62,134 bases of DNA, filler included, from Squatina squatina (GCA_031763465.1; 3 parts of 3 records of this genome joined end to end with filler, not necessarily neighbours in it); one strand, 5' to 3'. Numbered from the whole stretch's first letter, positions 13,566-26,494 are shown. The notes: generated from the sequence alone by a model not told the origin. Numbers and translations: made by a program.

Positions 13566-14438
13566 GTTTTAACACTTTATTATTTTTGATGGCGCTGTAG
13601 AATTGTGTTTGGGCTAGTTTCCTTTTAACATTTTATCTACTGCATCAATAAAACAGTATTAATTTTGTTTATTAATGCATTGATATTACATTTTATATTC
13701 ATTTTGGAGAACTCTTTTGCTTCAGTAGCCAGTTTAAGGTAACAAAGCTGGCTTCTTGTAAAATAATTTCTTCACTGCTCATAGAAAATTACAAATCCTG
13801 GATGGTAAAAGGAATGGTGCATCATTATCCCCTCATCTTTGTATTCATGAGAGAAGCCCTGTGGACTTTCACAGAGCAGTATAAGGATGTGTAAATACTA
13901 ACTTTTGTATAATTTGTGAAAGGTGCAGCTTTGTTACAACAACGTGTATTTATAGAGCACCTTTAACATAGTAAAACATCCCAAGGTGCTTCACAGGAGC
14001 GTTATCAAACAAAATTTAACACCGAGCCACTTAAGGAGATATTAAGGCAGAAAAGAGATCGGTTTTAAGGAGTCTCTTAAAGGAGGAAAGAGAGGTTAAG
14101 AGGTTTAGGCAGGGAATTCCAGAGCTTAGGGCCTCGACAGCTGAAGACAACAAGCATGTTGAATGAGGAGAAAAAAAGCACACTTCATTGCACAAAAGCT
14201 ATACTTCACTAATACTGAGAGGATGCTGCATTATCTGTGGGGCTGCCTTTCAGATGAAGTGCTAAACCAAGGGTGAGCGTAATTGCTATGTTTTAGGCAG
14301 GCTGGATTCTCACCCCAGTTGGGGAGCTTGCTGGGGAGNNNNNNNNNNNNNNNNNNNNNNNNNNNNNNNNNNNNNNNNNNNNNNNNNNNNNNNNNNNNNN
14401 NNNNNNNNNNNNNNNNNNNNNNNNNNNNNNNNNNNNNN

Positions 14439-14700
14439 CGCACTGATGGATGGGCAGTACTGAGAGAGCACCGCACTGTCGGAGGGGCAGTACTGATGGA
14501 GCGCCGCACTGTCGGAGGGGCAGTGCTGAGGGAGCGCCGCACTATCGGAGATGACATCTTTCAGAAGAGACGTTAAACCGAGGCCCTGTCTGCTCTGTCA
14601 GGTGGTTGTAAAAGATCCCACGGCCACTATTTTGAAGACCAGCAGGAGAATCCTCCGCAGTGTCTTGGCCAATATTTATGCTTCAGTCAAAATCACATTC
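14439..14700 (+). mobile_element. DeuSINE-like SINE with an internal 33-bp tandem expansion
   Basis: gcactg(t/a) motif at 14440, 14473, 14506 and 14539, followed by the SINE core gagacgttaaaccgaggccc. Confidence 0.8.
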
Positions 14701-14767
14701 TGTCTTTCTTCCTTTCTTTCTTTCCAACAAAGCATGGGCCACAATCTGTTTCTGATTTTTCCGATAG

Positions 14768-15036
14768 CGCTTGCCTCCCTGATCGAGGAATGTCCCCCGG
14801 GCAGCGACTGCCCGTTTGATGGATTCAGTACTGCGATCCTGGAGCTCTTCAAACTCACCATTGGGCTGGGAGACCTGGGGATCCAGAAGCACTCCAGATT
14901 CCCCGTCCTTTTCCATATGCTTCTAGTGCTCTACGTAATCCTGACCTTTGTCCTGCTCCTGAACATGCTGATCGCCCTGATGGGAGAGACCGTGACCAAG
15001 ATATCCAGCGAGAGTGAGAAGATCTGGAAGCTTCAG
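14768..15036 (+). CDS. TRPV3: TRPV3-like channel, pore/S6/TRP-box exon
   Basis: gatag| and |gtaggt boundaries; LASLIEECP...[12 protein letters not shown]...[18 protein letters not shown]...IWKLQ. The GLGD filter and short turret are TRPV3-type; exact orthology needs a tree. Confidence 0.8.
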
Positions 15037-15848
15037 GTAGGTAGAAGGATGCCGAGAAAATTGTGTCATGAGATAGCCTGCCTCAAACTTTGGAATCAAT
15101 CAGAAACACAATTCAAGGAGGCAACTTGCAGAATGTGGGTGTAATTGGCAAATTAATTTTAACATAGATAAGTGTGAGGTGGTGCAGTTTGGTAGGAAGA
15201 ATAAGGAGGCCACCTATTGTTTGGATAATAAGGAGGTGAAATTCAGCGATGTTTTTGCCATGATAGTGTGCCCGAGGGGCGCCAACAGGGCGAAAATGCA
15301 GAAAATGGCAGCGGGGGGTGGCCATCTCGCCTCCCGGGAAATTCCCCCCTTTGCGCCCCTTTTGGGGAATTTTACCGCCGGTCGGCGTGCGACGTCATAA
15401 NNNNNNNNNNNNNNNNNNNNNNNNNNNNNNNNNNNNNNNNNNNNNNNNNNNNNNNNNNNNNNNNNNNNNNNNNNNNNNNNNNNNNNNNNNNNNNNNNNNN
15501 TCAAGGATGAGAATTTTTTTTAAATTGAGGCATTGCCGGACTGGGAGCCAATGTAGGTCAGTGAGCACAGGGAGGGTGACAGGACTTGGGTGAGTTAGAA
15601 AGACTTGCATTTCTACAGCACCTTTCACACCCCCAGGATGCCCCAAAGTGCCTCACAGCCAATGAAGTACCTCTGAAGTGTAGGCACTGTTGTAGTGTAG
15701 GAATGGCTCGGGCATAGAGGCAGAGTTTTATGAGCTGAAGTTTGCAAAGGGTGGAAGATGGGAGGCTGGCCAGGAGAGTGTTGGAAGAGTCGAGTCTGGG
15801 GGTAACAAAGGCACTGATGAGTTGTTCCTGTTTCCAAATATGTCACAG

Positions 15849-16129
15849 GTGAACTCCCACTGGCCCTGGCTGCCTGCACCAATCAGCCGGAGATAGTTAC
15901 ACTTCTCATGACCAATCAAATGACAAAGGTTGGGGAGCAGGATTCCAAGGGAAACACTGTCCTGCACGCATTGGTCACTGTCGCCGACGACACGGAGGAC
16001 AACACAATATTCGTAACAGAAATGTACAACAAGATCTTGATCGAAAGCAAAGAGAACAATCTGGAAGAAATCAAGAATGTGAAGGGACTGACCCCATTGC
16101 AGCTTGCAGCCAAACTGGGCAAGTTTGAG
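15849..16129 (+). CDS. TRPV3: TRPV3-like channel, ankyrin-repeat exon (GC donor)
   Basis: tcacag| acceptor; (G)[16 protein letters not shown]...[17 protein letters not shown]...[15 protein letters not shown], ending GAG|gcaaga. Confidence 0.8.
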
Positions 16130-16304
16130 GCAAGAAATGATCAGTTTCTGGGTACTATAACACTGGTGATGGTGCTGNNNNNNNNNNNNNNNNNNNNNNN
16201 NNNNNNNNNNNNNNNNNNNNNNNNNNNNNNNNNNNNNNNNNNNNNNNNNNNNNNNNNNNNNNNNNNNNNNNNNNNNNCCCCTTTATGGACTCTACTCAAA
16301 AAAA

Positions 16305-16685
16305 AGCTAATTCACGGACGTGGACGTTGTTGGTAAGGCTATCATTTATTGCCTAATTGCCCTCAAAGTTTGATGCAACTGAGCAGCTTGCTAGGCCATT
16401 TCAGAGGGCAGTAAAGAGTCAACCACATCATTGTGGGTCTGGAGTCACATATAGGCCAGACCAGGTGAGAGCAGATTTCCTTCCCTAAAAGGACATTCGT
16501 GAACCAGACGTGTTTTTACGATATTCCAGTAGTTACATGGTCACCATTACGGATTTAGCTTTTTATTCCAGATTCATTTAATTAATTGAATTTAGTCCTG
16601 CCATGGTAAGATTTGAACTCAAGTCTCCGGATCATTAGTCCAGGCTTCTGGATTGCCAGTCCAGTAACACAACTGCACCCCGTAA
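16305..16685 (-). mobile_element. tRNA-derived SINE with a MetaSINE/MER131-like central domain
   Basis: Minus strand has B-box gagttcaaatc, core ggttcacgaatgtccttttagggaaggaaatctgc...gtgactccagacccac, and a tail shared with 19790-19855. Confidence 0.65.
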
Positions 16686-19419
16686 AGTACAGCCTGAAGG
16701 TAAAGTGCTGTATATATATTCTCCAATCCCCAAATGCAAGCAAGTGCCCAACCTGCAGCCTCTCTCATGGGGAAGTCTGGCTCCAGACCATTGTTGGATC
16801 GGAGCAGGCAGTCCTATCCACATCTCATCTCCGGCCCCGTAGCAGCTTTTAAAAAAAGGAAATTTTGACATCGAGCTCCTTGTAGTTTAGATGTGCAAAT
16901 TTTTTTTATTCTTCATCAAAATGTAGTTCTACAATAGTATACATCGTTTTCATACTGAATTTGATATATCCTCCAACAGCAAGGACTGCTCACCGTCCAG
17001 ATTCCCATCTCCAAAAACATTGTAAAACACACAAACAGTTAGTGTTGAGCTTTCTTTTCCCTCCATCGAAGGAAAGTTTCAGGTTTTAACGCTCTTAATT
17101 TTTTTTTAAAATCAAGAAGCCAGGTCATAAATTATCAAGTTTCATACATCAATATCAGACAAGTGACCATGTACCCAAACTGACACAAGACACGAGATGG
17201 TTGTCTGTAGGGGACATGTTCATCAGTGTCCAGATGTTGCTTTACTCTGCCCCTTACAAGCATTCTTGGTCTGTCTTGGTTTAGGTCCACTCACTCCTAG
17301 CAATGAAGCAAGACCTGGGGAGTCTACAATCACACTCCTGTGTATTAATACTGGTTCAGCCCCCAGCACTCGTGTTGAGTCTTGTACAGAGAGCGGTCAA
17401 GAGGATCAAACCCCAGCTTTTATGGGTCATTTGAACTCTCAACATATTGGCTAGTTTCTTGGTCCGGCCTGACAAGGGGCACTGCAACTTGGAGGCTAGG
17501 GGAGAGTGTGGGAGGTCGGACAGACACCGCCCCCACCCCCACCCTGCTCAGCTACTAAGAGCCACCGNNNNNNNNNNNNNNNNNNNNNNNNNNNNNNNNN
17601 NNNNNNNNNNNNNNNNNNNNNNNNNNNNNNNNNNNNNNNNNNNNNNNNNNNNNNNNNNNNNNNNNNNNNNNNNNNNNNNNNNNNNNNNNNNNNNNNNNNN
17701 NNNNNNNNNNNNNNNNNNNNNNNNNNNNNNNNNNNNNNNNNNNNNNNNNNNNNNNNNNNNNNNNNNNNNNNNNNNNNNNNNNNNNGGTTGCACCAGAGTA
17801 CCCCAATCCAAAGAACACAGGCCGCTCTACAAATCAGCCACTGGCAAAACACAATAAAATATTTCTTTAGATTTTCTTTTTAAATCCAGCGGCATGTCAA
17901 AGTGAGCAACTGCACAGCGAGGTTAGCACATCAGTCCAAGAGGAAATTCTGGACAGAGAGGGAGAGCTGGGATGAGAGAGTGGGGAGAGCATGTCTGAAG
18001 GATGCAGAGTTCACAAAGATGCACTCAGAAGGTCATGGCAGTGAAGTACCTTATACAAACACGTCTGTAAAAATGCACATTGTAGTTGCATGAAAGTTTG
18101 GTATAACTTATTAAAATGAAAAGATGTCACATCCCCTTAGGTCGGGGTGCTCTCTCAGTAGTGGCTCTGCTTCATAAATTGGCACCGTCTATACAGGTTG
18201 TAGGCCCCAGTCTTGACTTGTCCATTTAAGTCTACGTATAAATGCAATCATCTACCTGTGCGCACATCATTGAGGCTCCTACTCCAATCACAAATGCTTA
18301 TCCCCAGGCTAGGTGCCCATCAGGGTGCAGTTTTTCCATTAGTAACTCCATCGACTGCAATCTCTCCTGCAGATGGATCGAGTTTACCCGTAGCATGTAT
18401 AAAAGCAGCTTATATTTATCTTCGATTTTTTTTGTTTAAAGGAATACAGCAGCAGTCTCCTCCACAGTGGGCAGTTGCAGCAAATAAAGTTAAACCAAGC
18501 CCTGTGGAGGCACCCTTTTCACATCGTAAGCAGAGAAAGAAAAAAACACGTGTTCATTTAGAATTAGAATGGGGCTGTTAAAACTTAAAATAAAACACAC
18601 ACCCACACACTTCAAAGCTTCTCAAATGATCAGAACAGGCACGGGCCCCATAGCACAGCAGCGTTGTCACGATATTGGAACCCATGTACTGCAGGGGGAA
18701 AAAAACACGGAAGCAAATAATCTCTGATGTCGACACACTTGATTCCATCACCTCCAACTGTTTCCCACTCCACCAGTAACAGACCGATGAACTGCCAGCC
18801 CTAGTTCTCAATATTCTCCGAGCTTGGCAGGACAACATCTGGAAGCTGATCATACTGCCAGCTTGTTCACAGTTGAAGTTGGTGCAGTACTTGGAACTTC
18901 ACAGGGCTATAGCTCATCTTCACTGGGCTATAGCTCATCTTCACTGAAATCCGAGAGGAGAAACACTTACTGTGCTGGGGCAGAAAGATTTCATGCTTCC
19001 AGCACGCTTCAAAAACCCGAGTGACAACACTGCATGGCATATTTGCAGATACTCAAAATCATGTACAGAAATTTTAAAAGGCCTCGGAACAAAGTTGCCG
19101 TCGAGTGTCTAACATCAATGAAGGAAATACCGAGACAGCGATTCCCGGAGACAGGAATCATCACGGCACCTCCCCACTGCATCCCGTATGCACTACAGGT
19201 CAGGAATTGGCACAAACTAATTTTAAAATCCATTATTAAAGCTTCCGAGTCAAAAATTAAAACACGACGGCAGCTGAGCTGCTTTAGTGGGTCACAAGAA
19301 CTGCTGTGGCACTGTTAAATACTTCCCGCCTGGGATAAAATCCATTTCTACAGCAAACACACACTTAAGCAGAGTAATCCTCACTGCACCTACCTGTACT
19401 AGAAGTCAATTAGTAGGAC

Positions 19420-19519
19420 NNNNNNNNNNNNNNNNNNNNNNNNNNNNNNNNNNNNNNNNNNNNTTAATTAATTAANNNNNNNNNNNNNNNNNNNNNNNNN
19501 NNNNNNNNNNNNNNNNNNN
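19420..19519. other. Artificial scaffold spacer N44-TTAATTAATTAA-N44
   Basis: 12-mer with stops in all six frames at 19464-19475, centred in exactly 100 positions. Confidence 0.97.
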
Positions 19520-19855
19520 GTGACTGTTTAAGGTGGTGGATGGGGTGCCAATCAATTGGGCTACTTTGCCCTGAATGGTGCCAAACTTCTTGTGTTGTTG
19601 GAAAGCACTCATCCAGGCAAATGGAGAGTATTTCATCACACTCCTGACTTGTGCCTTTGTAGATGGTGGAAAGACTTTGAAAGACTTGGAAATATATTAT
19701 TGTTGCTTGGTCAAAATCCTGGAATTCCCTCCCTAATGGTATTGTGGGAGTACCTTCACCACATGGAGTGTGGAGGCTCACCACCAGCTTCCCATTAGGG
19801 ATGGACAATAAATGCTGGCCTTGCCAGCGATGTCCACATCCTGTGAATTAATTAA
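19520..19855. mobile_element. Non-LTR retrotransposon RT C-terminal remnant (minus) plus SINE/LINE tail (plus)
   Basis: Minus strand reads YKAQVRSVMKYSPFAWMSA-like text with frameshifts; plus-strand tail caataaatgctggccttgccagcgatg. Confidence 0.55.
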
Positions 19856-21567
19856 AAAAAAACAAAATCCCAGTTCTACCCCAATTAAAAAGCCACAATA
19901 AGCAAATATGCTTTTTTTCCCCTCCATAATTGTTTTTAAAAACAAATTAAATAATTTATAACATGATTTTCTCAACAGGACTTGCTATTAATTTTATTTT
20001 TTTGTAACATTACACATTCTATTACATTTGCTAGAGGTTGCCTAATTTGGAGGGCACTATTGAGGCTGAGATGCATTTTAAGGAAGTACTGGAAGAACCA
20101 AATACTGCATTACTGTGCCCTTCGTCTGTCTGACGCTGGGTTGCTGGCACCATGATTTAGGAATATGATTTTTTAATATCTTTAGATGTAGAGAGGGAGA
20201 GATATTCAAGACAACAAACTCCTTCCACAGAGCAACTTTATGGTCAGAAATTGCAACAGCATGATGGATGACATAGCAAGATTACATCAAAATGCTGATT
20301 TGGCATTTTACAATGTCCAAGTCACTGTACCATATCATCTGTAGAGGTAGCCCAATAGCTGCCTATGATACCCACATGGAAGAGTTATAGGATGGACACT
20401 GGCCCAGATTTAGTTTTGTCAGTAGAGGTAGAAAAGTGTTGGATCTTTTATTATATTTATACTTGCGAGGGAGTGGCAGGTAATTGTTCTCTTTCAAAAA
20501 AAAAGGAAGTATGATGCCACTATTAAATTGGAAGCCATGCCACTGAAACCAGTCAACCCCCTCTCTCAGGTTGTGAGGTATCTGCTGACCCATGGAGGTA
20601 TAGTCAGAGTGGGTAAATTTAATGATACTTATTGAATTTTATAATGTGTTTGTTACAATTTTATTTTAAGGTGTAGATTGTCAACTGGATGAGGAAACAA
20701 AATGGCCACTCAACAAAAGAAGGAACATTTGTTTGACAAACTGGATTGGTTCATCTTGGGACCATTGCTGATTCTTGAGAGCTTTGGGAAAAAAAATCCT
20801 GGGCAGTTGATTGGCTGGTTGTGTGTGTGTNNNNNNNNNNNNNNNNNNNNNNNNNNNNNNNNNNNNNNNNNNNNNNNNNNNNNNNNNNNNNNNNNNNNNN
20901 NNNNNNNNNNNNNNNNNNNNNNNNNNNNNNAAATATATTCAAGAAGTAGTTAGATATAGTTCTTAGGGCTAAAGGGAGCAAGGGATACAGGGAGAAAGCA
21001 GGGACAGGGTAACGAATTTGGCCGATCAGCCATGATAATTTTGAATGGAGGAGCAGGCTCGAAGGGCCAAATGGCCTACTCCTGCTCCTAGTTTCCGTGT
21101 TTCTATGTTTATCCCCACTCTCTATCTTATCTGAAAACCCTGTAACCAGGAATGTTGATATCAGCTTTCCACATGTCTCTCTCTGCTCTCAACTCATCTG
21201 CCTTATTTGCTAGACTCCTCAAAGCACTGCCAAACCTCTTGTCTATTTTCTAGCCTTTGTTTACTCGGCCTTCCAAACTAACTTACTAATTTACTGCCTT
21301 CCATTTCAGCTTGCATTCTCTCCCTTCTGAATCTATGCTCAGGTTCCCATTCCCCTGCCAAGCTAATTTACGTCCCCCACAACAGCAGTAGCGCACCCCC
21401 CTGCGAAGATATTGGCCCAGGCGTTGTTGTGCTGTAACCCGTTCGGCTTGTACAGGTCCCATCTCCCCAGAATGAGGTGGGACCTCAGGAATCTAAAGCC
21501 CTCTCTCCTGTACCATGTCTCCAGCCAAACTTTGATGTGTTCTATCCTCCTATTTCTGTGCTTCCAG

Positions 21568-21719
21568 ATCTGCCACATTTGCAGTTTCCTAATCAATGGA
21601 ACCAGCTCAAGCAAAAACTTTATTACTTTTCATCAATTGAAAAAACTTGGGTTGAAGCCCAGGAATCCTGTAAATCAATGGATGCCAATCTTGTTGTCAT
21701 TAACAATGTTGAGGAGCAG
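21568..21719 (+). CDS. C-type lectin domain, first CTLD exon (CLEC4/CD209/KLR-like; gene unassigned)
   Basis: ttccag| and |gtagga boundaries, phase 1 to 0; (D)LPHLQFPNQWNQLKQKLYYFSSIEKTWVEAQESCKSMDANLVVINNVEEQ. Confidence 0.85.
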
Positions 21720-22099
21720 GTAGGAGCTCTCTGTTCATTATATTCAACAGTTGTCAAATTTCAGTCTCATTTACCGCAGATCATTTGGTACAGTTGATAA
21801 TCCTGCATTATGACTAAGGGGCTGAAATTGCTGGGGGCTCGCTCTGGCAATGATGCATTCATGGTGTGCGCCATTACTTCAACATAAAGAATCCAGCAAA
21901 TAATGACACAACTGAGATTTGCCATCAGGTGCAATCCTTCATAATTTACTGGATCATTTGAGCCACTCTGTTGACAGCTTTGCCTTAGCTGCGAAAGGCT
22001 TGTTCACAGCCCTCAGGCCAACGTTGAAGATGACGATTGCCAATTTGTTGGATTTACGCCTGGATCTCTGTTCTGGTTCAATACTTCAAATACATTCCC

Positions 22100-23345
22100 A
22101 TTTATCCCATAATCTACATCAATCAATGCCACTGGGCTAAATCTCATAACCTTACATTTCTCTGTATTAAATTGCATCTGCCATTTATCTGCCCACTGAC
22201 TGAGCTTGTCAAGATAATTTTGAATTTGTGCGCATTGATATTCACCATTTTCCTTCTCGTAATGTGTCTGCAAATTTGAATATTTTGGACACAATTTCTC
22301 CCTCAAAATCACTTAGAAAAATTATAAACAACAGTGGCCCGAACGCTGAAACTGGTGGCATTATGGGGGACTTTAGTTTTTCATATAAACTGGGCAAACC
22401 GACTTTGCATAGGATGTGTTCACGGAATGCATTCAAGATAGTTTTCTAGATCAGGATGTCGAGGAACCAACTATTTTAGATCTCGTATTGTGCAATGAGA
22501 CAGGGTTAATTAATAACCTTGTAGTAAATGAGCCTTTTGGGAAGAGTGATCATAATATGTTGGAATTTTATATTGAATTTGAGAGTGATTTAATTAAGTC
22601 TGAAACTAGGGTTTTAAATCTGAACAAAGCAAACTGTGTAGGTATGTGGGGCAAGATGGCTAAGATAGATTAGGAAACTAGATTTAAAGATTTGATGGTA
22701 AATCAGCAATGGCAAACATTTAAAAAAACAATTCATATTTCACAACAAATATACATTCCCTTAAACAATAAAAACCCCACAGGAAAATTGGTTCAACCGT
22801 GGCTAACATGAGAAGTGAAAGATTGTATATAATTTTGTAGGGCCCAATTGGAGTCAAAAAACTGCGCCAATTAAAAAATACTCCACCTTTCTGTTTTTCC
22901 TACCGAAGTGGATAACTTCACATTTATCCACATTACACTGCATCTGCCATGTTTTTGCCCACTCACTCAACTTGTCTAAATCACCTTGAAGCCTCTTTGC
23001 ATCCTCCTCACAANNNNNNNNNNNNNNNNNNNNNNNNNNNNNNNNNNNNNNNNNNNNNNNNNNNNNNNNNNNNNNNNNNNNNNNNNNNNNNNNNNNNNNN
23101 NNNNNNNNNNNNNGGTACTGAATTTGGATGATCAGCCATGATCATATTGAATGGCAGAACAGGCTCGAAGGGCCGAATGGCCTACTCCTGCTCCTATTTT
23201 CTATGTTTCTATGCATCAAGGGATATGGGGATAGTGCATGAAAATAGCATTGAGGTAGTAGTTCAGCCATGATCCTGTTGAATGGTGGAGCAGGCTTGAG
23301 GTGCTGAATGGCCTACTCCTGCTCCGGTTTCATATGTTCTTATGT
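22100..23345. mobile_element. Cluster of CR1 LINE fragments in both orientations
   Basis: Minus: GPLLFIIFLSD...KFADT, WADKWQMQFNTEKCKVM. Plus: ILDLVLCNETGLINNLVVNEPFGKSDHNM. Repeated CR1 tails at 23114-23345. Confidence 0.8.
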
Positions 23346-24264
23346 ATGTGTTGTATCAGATATTTAAGGGCAGTTTTATAGACAGCTGATATCAGCTCTA
23401 AATTTGTGGTTGGAGGCTTCCGCGGGGAAATGCCCCCGATCCACAATTAAAATGCCCGCGTACCTGGTGGTCAGGGAGGTACGGAGACTCGCGGTCCTGG
23501 GCCTCTCTGGGTACCTGTGGGTAGAGGCTCACATAACTCAGGGGCACGCACAGCTCGCAAGCTCCCTGGCATCACGTGGGCTGAAGAAGGAAACAAACAT
23601 TCACGCTTATGGCGTTTCCGTATGTACAGAATCCCCACAAGTATGCAAGGGAATACCCCAAAAGTACATCTACACATCAAATAACTAAAAAAAAATTACA
23701 TATTTAAAATTAATCAAAATGGCATTTAATTAAATATTTAAAACATCTAATTGTTGAAAAATAAATTTATATGTTTTAAAAGGGCTAAAAATGAACTTAT
23801 CTTATTGCACAGGGTTTTTAATGCATAATTGATTGCTAAAAGTGTTAATTTTATGTTTTTTTAAAACTCTTGCACTGGTAAAATAAGGTCTTAGGCCTGT
23901 TTTTACCAGGCGTAAGAATTTCACGGGCATTCGCTAGGCAGAAGTTGAGGAAATAGCCCATCTCTCTGCCCGCAGATGCCCTTTTCCCAGCGATGCATTG
24001 GATCTGTCAAGAAGATTCTTGACAGATTGCAAGTTCTGTGTTTTTTGTGCATGCACTTCGCGCGCGAAAACCCAGCACTTGCGCGGCCCCAACGAGCGTG
24101 TGAGCATCTCATACTCGCCCATAGGGGCTGCAAATTATGGCCCATGGTTTCTTGAATAGAGGGCCACAGGCAACTTGTGTTGCTCCACATCTGAGATTAT
24201 GGTATCCCAAACAATGTTACAATAAAGAGTAAGTAGAAAGGATATCAGTTTCTGAACTCTGTCC

Positions 24265-24520
24265 GGGGTAGGTGCTAGTTGGTAACTCAGCAGTTTCAGG
24301 ATAGATTGAGAGGAACAAATTCAAGCTCTCAAAGATCAAAATTGACTGGATGGTGAGCAGATGAACTGATCTCAGTCAGGGTGGAAGCAGGGTTGTTCTA
24401 ATTCGACTTGAGGTCTTTATGCTCGGCAAAAAAATCAGCCAGGTTTCCTGCTAGCTGATCACCATCTAGTGATGCCATTTGGAAATACGATGCTTTTACA
24501 TGAGTGAAAACAAACAGCAA
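24265..24520 (+). mobile_element. Degenerate AmnSINE2-like SINE
   Basis: gaactgatctcagtcagggtgg...aaaaaatcagccaggtttcctgct...tgatcaccatctagtga resembles the AmnSINE2-type body as I recall it. Confidence 0.45.
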
Positions 24521-25107
24521 CAATATACATATATATTGCAAATTAACCACCTCCTGTCCGAACAAGACACCAAAGGAATGAAAAGATCCCACAGCAGCAG
24601 ACACTGTCAGTCAGTGCCGCATGAAATCAGCATCAGTTCATGGGGTAGCCTTTTGCTTTTCACACATGTGATCCAGGTATAACCTTACAGACACACAGTA
24701 GCTTTTGCTGTTTCTCCCTCTCTCTCACTGACATTACACACAGACAGCTCTCTCTCTCTGTCTCTCAAAGCAGGCCATGCATTAATTGATGAATGGTAAT
24801 ATATTCAAGGCTGCGACCGACAGATCTTTGAGCAACAGGGGTGTCAAGGATTATGGGGAACAGGGAGGAAAGTGGAGTTGAGGCCAAAATCAGATCAACC
24901 ATGATCTCATTGAATGGCGGAGCAGGCTCGAGGGACCGAATGGCCTACTCCTGCTCCAATTTCTTATGCTCATATATTCTATGTTAATCTAGCAAAATGT
25001 CCCCAAGNNNNNNNNNNNNNNNNNNNNNNNNNNNNNNNNNNNNNNNNNNNNNNNNNNNNNNNNNNNNNNNNNNNNNNNNNNNNNNNNNNNNNNNNNNNNN
25101 NNNNNNN

Positions 25108-26490
25108 TTGGATGATCAGCCATGATCATATTGAATGGCGGTGCAGGCTCGAAGGGCCAAATGGCCTACTCCTGCACCTATTTTTCTATGTTTCTATATT
25201 TCTATGGATCGGACATAGTCTACATGGATTTACGAAATTATGCTTGACAAATCTACTGGAATTTTTTGAGGATGCAACTTGTAGAATATGGATAAGGGAG
25301 AACCCGTGGTGTGATGTATTTGGACTTTCACAAGGCTTTCGATAAGATCCCGCATAAGAGATTAGCATGCAAAGTTAAAGCACATGGGATTGGGAGTAAT
25401 GAGATGGATAGAGAACTGGTTGTCAGAGAGGACACAACGAGTTGGAATAAACGGATCTTTTTCCGAATGTCACGCAGTGACTAATGTGGTACCGCAGGGT
25501 TCAATGCTTGGAACCCAGCATATAATATATAATATTGATTTAGATGAGGGAACTAAATGTAATGTGTACAGGTTTGTATATATTACAAAGCTGGGTGGTG
25601 TGTGAGTTACCAGGAGGATGCAGAGAGGCTCCGGTGTGATATGGACAGGTTGAGTGAGTTGGGAAATGCATGGCAGATGCAGTATAATGTGGATACATGT
25701 GAGGTTATCCACTTTGGTGGCAAATACAGGGAGGCAGATTTTTAGCTGAACAGAGACAGATTGGGAATGGGGAAGGTGCAATGGGACCTGAGTCTCATTG
25801 TGCAACAGCCATTGAGAGTGAGCATGCAGGTGCAGCAGGCGGTTCGGAAGGCAATTGACATGTTGGCCTGCATAGCGAGAAGATTCGAGTACAGGAGCAG
25901 GGATGTCTTGCTGCAATTATGCAGAGCCTTGGCGAGACCACACCTTGTGTATTGTGTGCAGTTTTCTTCTCCTTCTCTGAGGAAGGATGATCTTGCTTTG
26001 GAGAGAATGCAGCAAATGTTCACCAGATTGATTCCTGGGATGGCAGCGCTGACGTATGAAGTGAGATTGGGTTGATTAGGGTTATCTTCGCTGGAGATTA
26101 AAATAATTAGAGGGGATCTCTTCGGAAGCTACACAATTCTAACAGGACTGGATAGACGAAATGCAGGATGGATGGTCCCGAAGTCTGGGCAGTCCAGAAC
26201 CAGGGGTCACACTCTAAGGATACGGGGTAAGCCATTTAAGACTGAGATAAGGAGAAATGTCTTCACCCAGAGAGAACCTGTGGAATTCTCAACAACAGAA
26301 GGCAGTTGAGGCCAACTCATTCAATATATTCAATAGGAGTTAGATATAGTTCCTTGGGATAAATGAACCAAGGGATACGTGCAGAAAGCAGGAACAGGGT
26401 ACTGAATTTGCATCATCATGTTGAATAACGGAGCAGGCTCAAAGGGCCAAATGGCCTACTCCTGCTGCTATTTTCTATGTTTCTATGTTT
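25108..26490 (+). mobile_element. CR1 LINE, RT region to 3' tail (degenerate)
   Basis: CLTNLLEFFED, WIENWLSERTQRVGING, VPQGSMLG, RALARPHLVYCVQF; tail (ttctatgt)n. Confidence 0.9.
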
Positions 26491-26494
26491 CTTT

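Noticed and set aside
18903-18946. 21-bp direct duplication gggctatagctcatcttcact
   Set aside because: Real, but an isolated two-copy slippage event with no further structure.
19049-19198. Plus-strand 150-nt open segment with an AG before and a GT after (ILKIMYRNF...PYALQ)
   Set aside because: Weak splice context, unrecognised peptide, and competing minus-strand splice signals.
24398-24604. Minus-strand 68-aa ORF ending DQLAGNLADFFAEHKDLKSN
   Set aside because: Overlaps a degenerate SINE on the opposite strand and is probably spurious.
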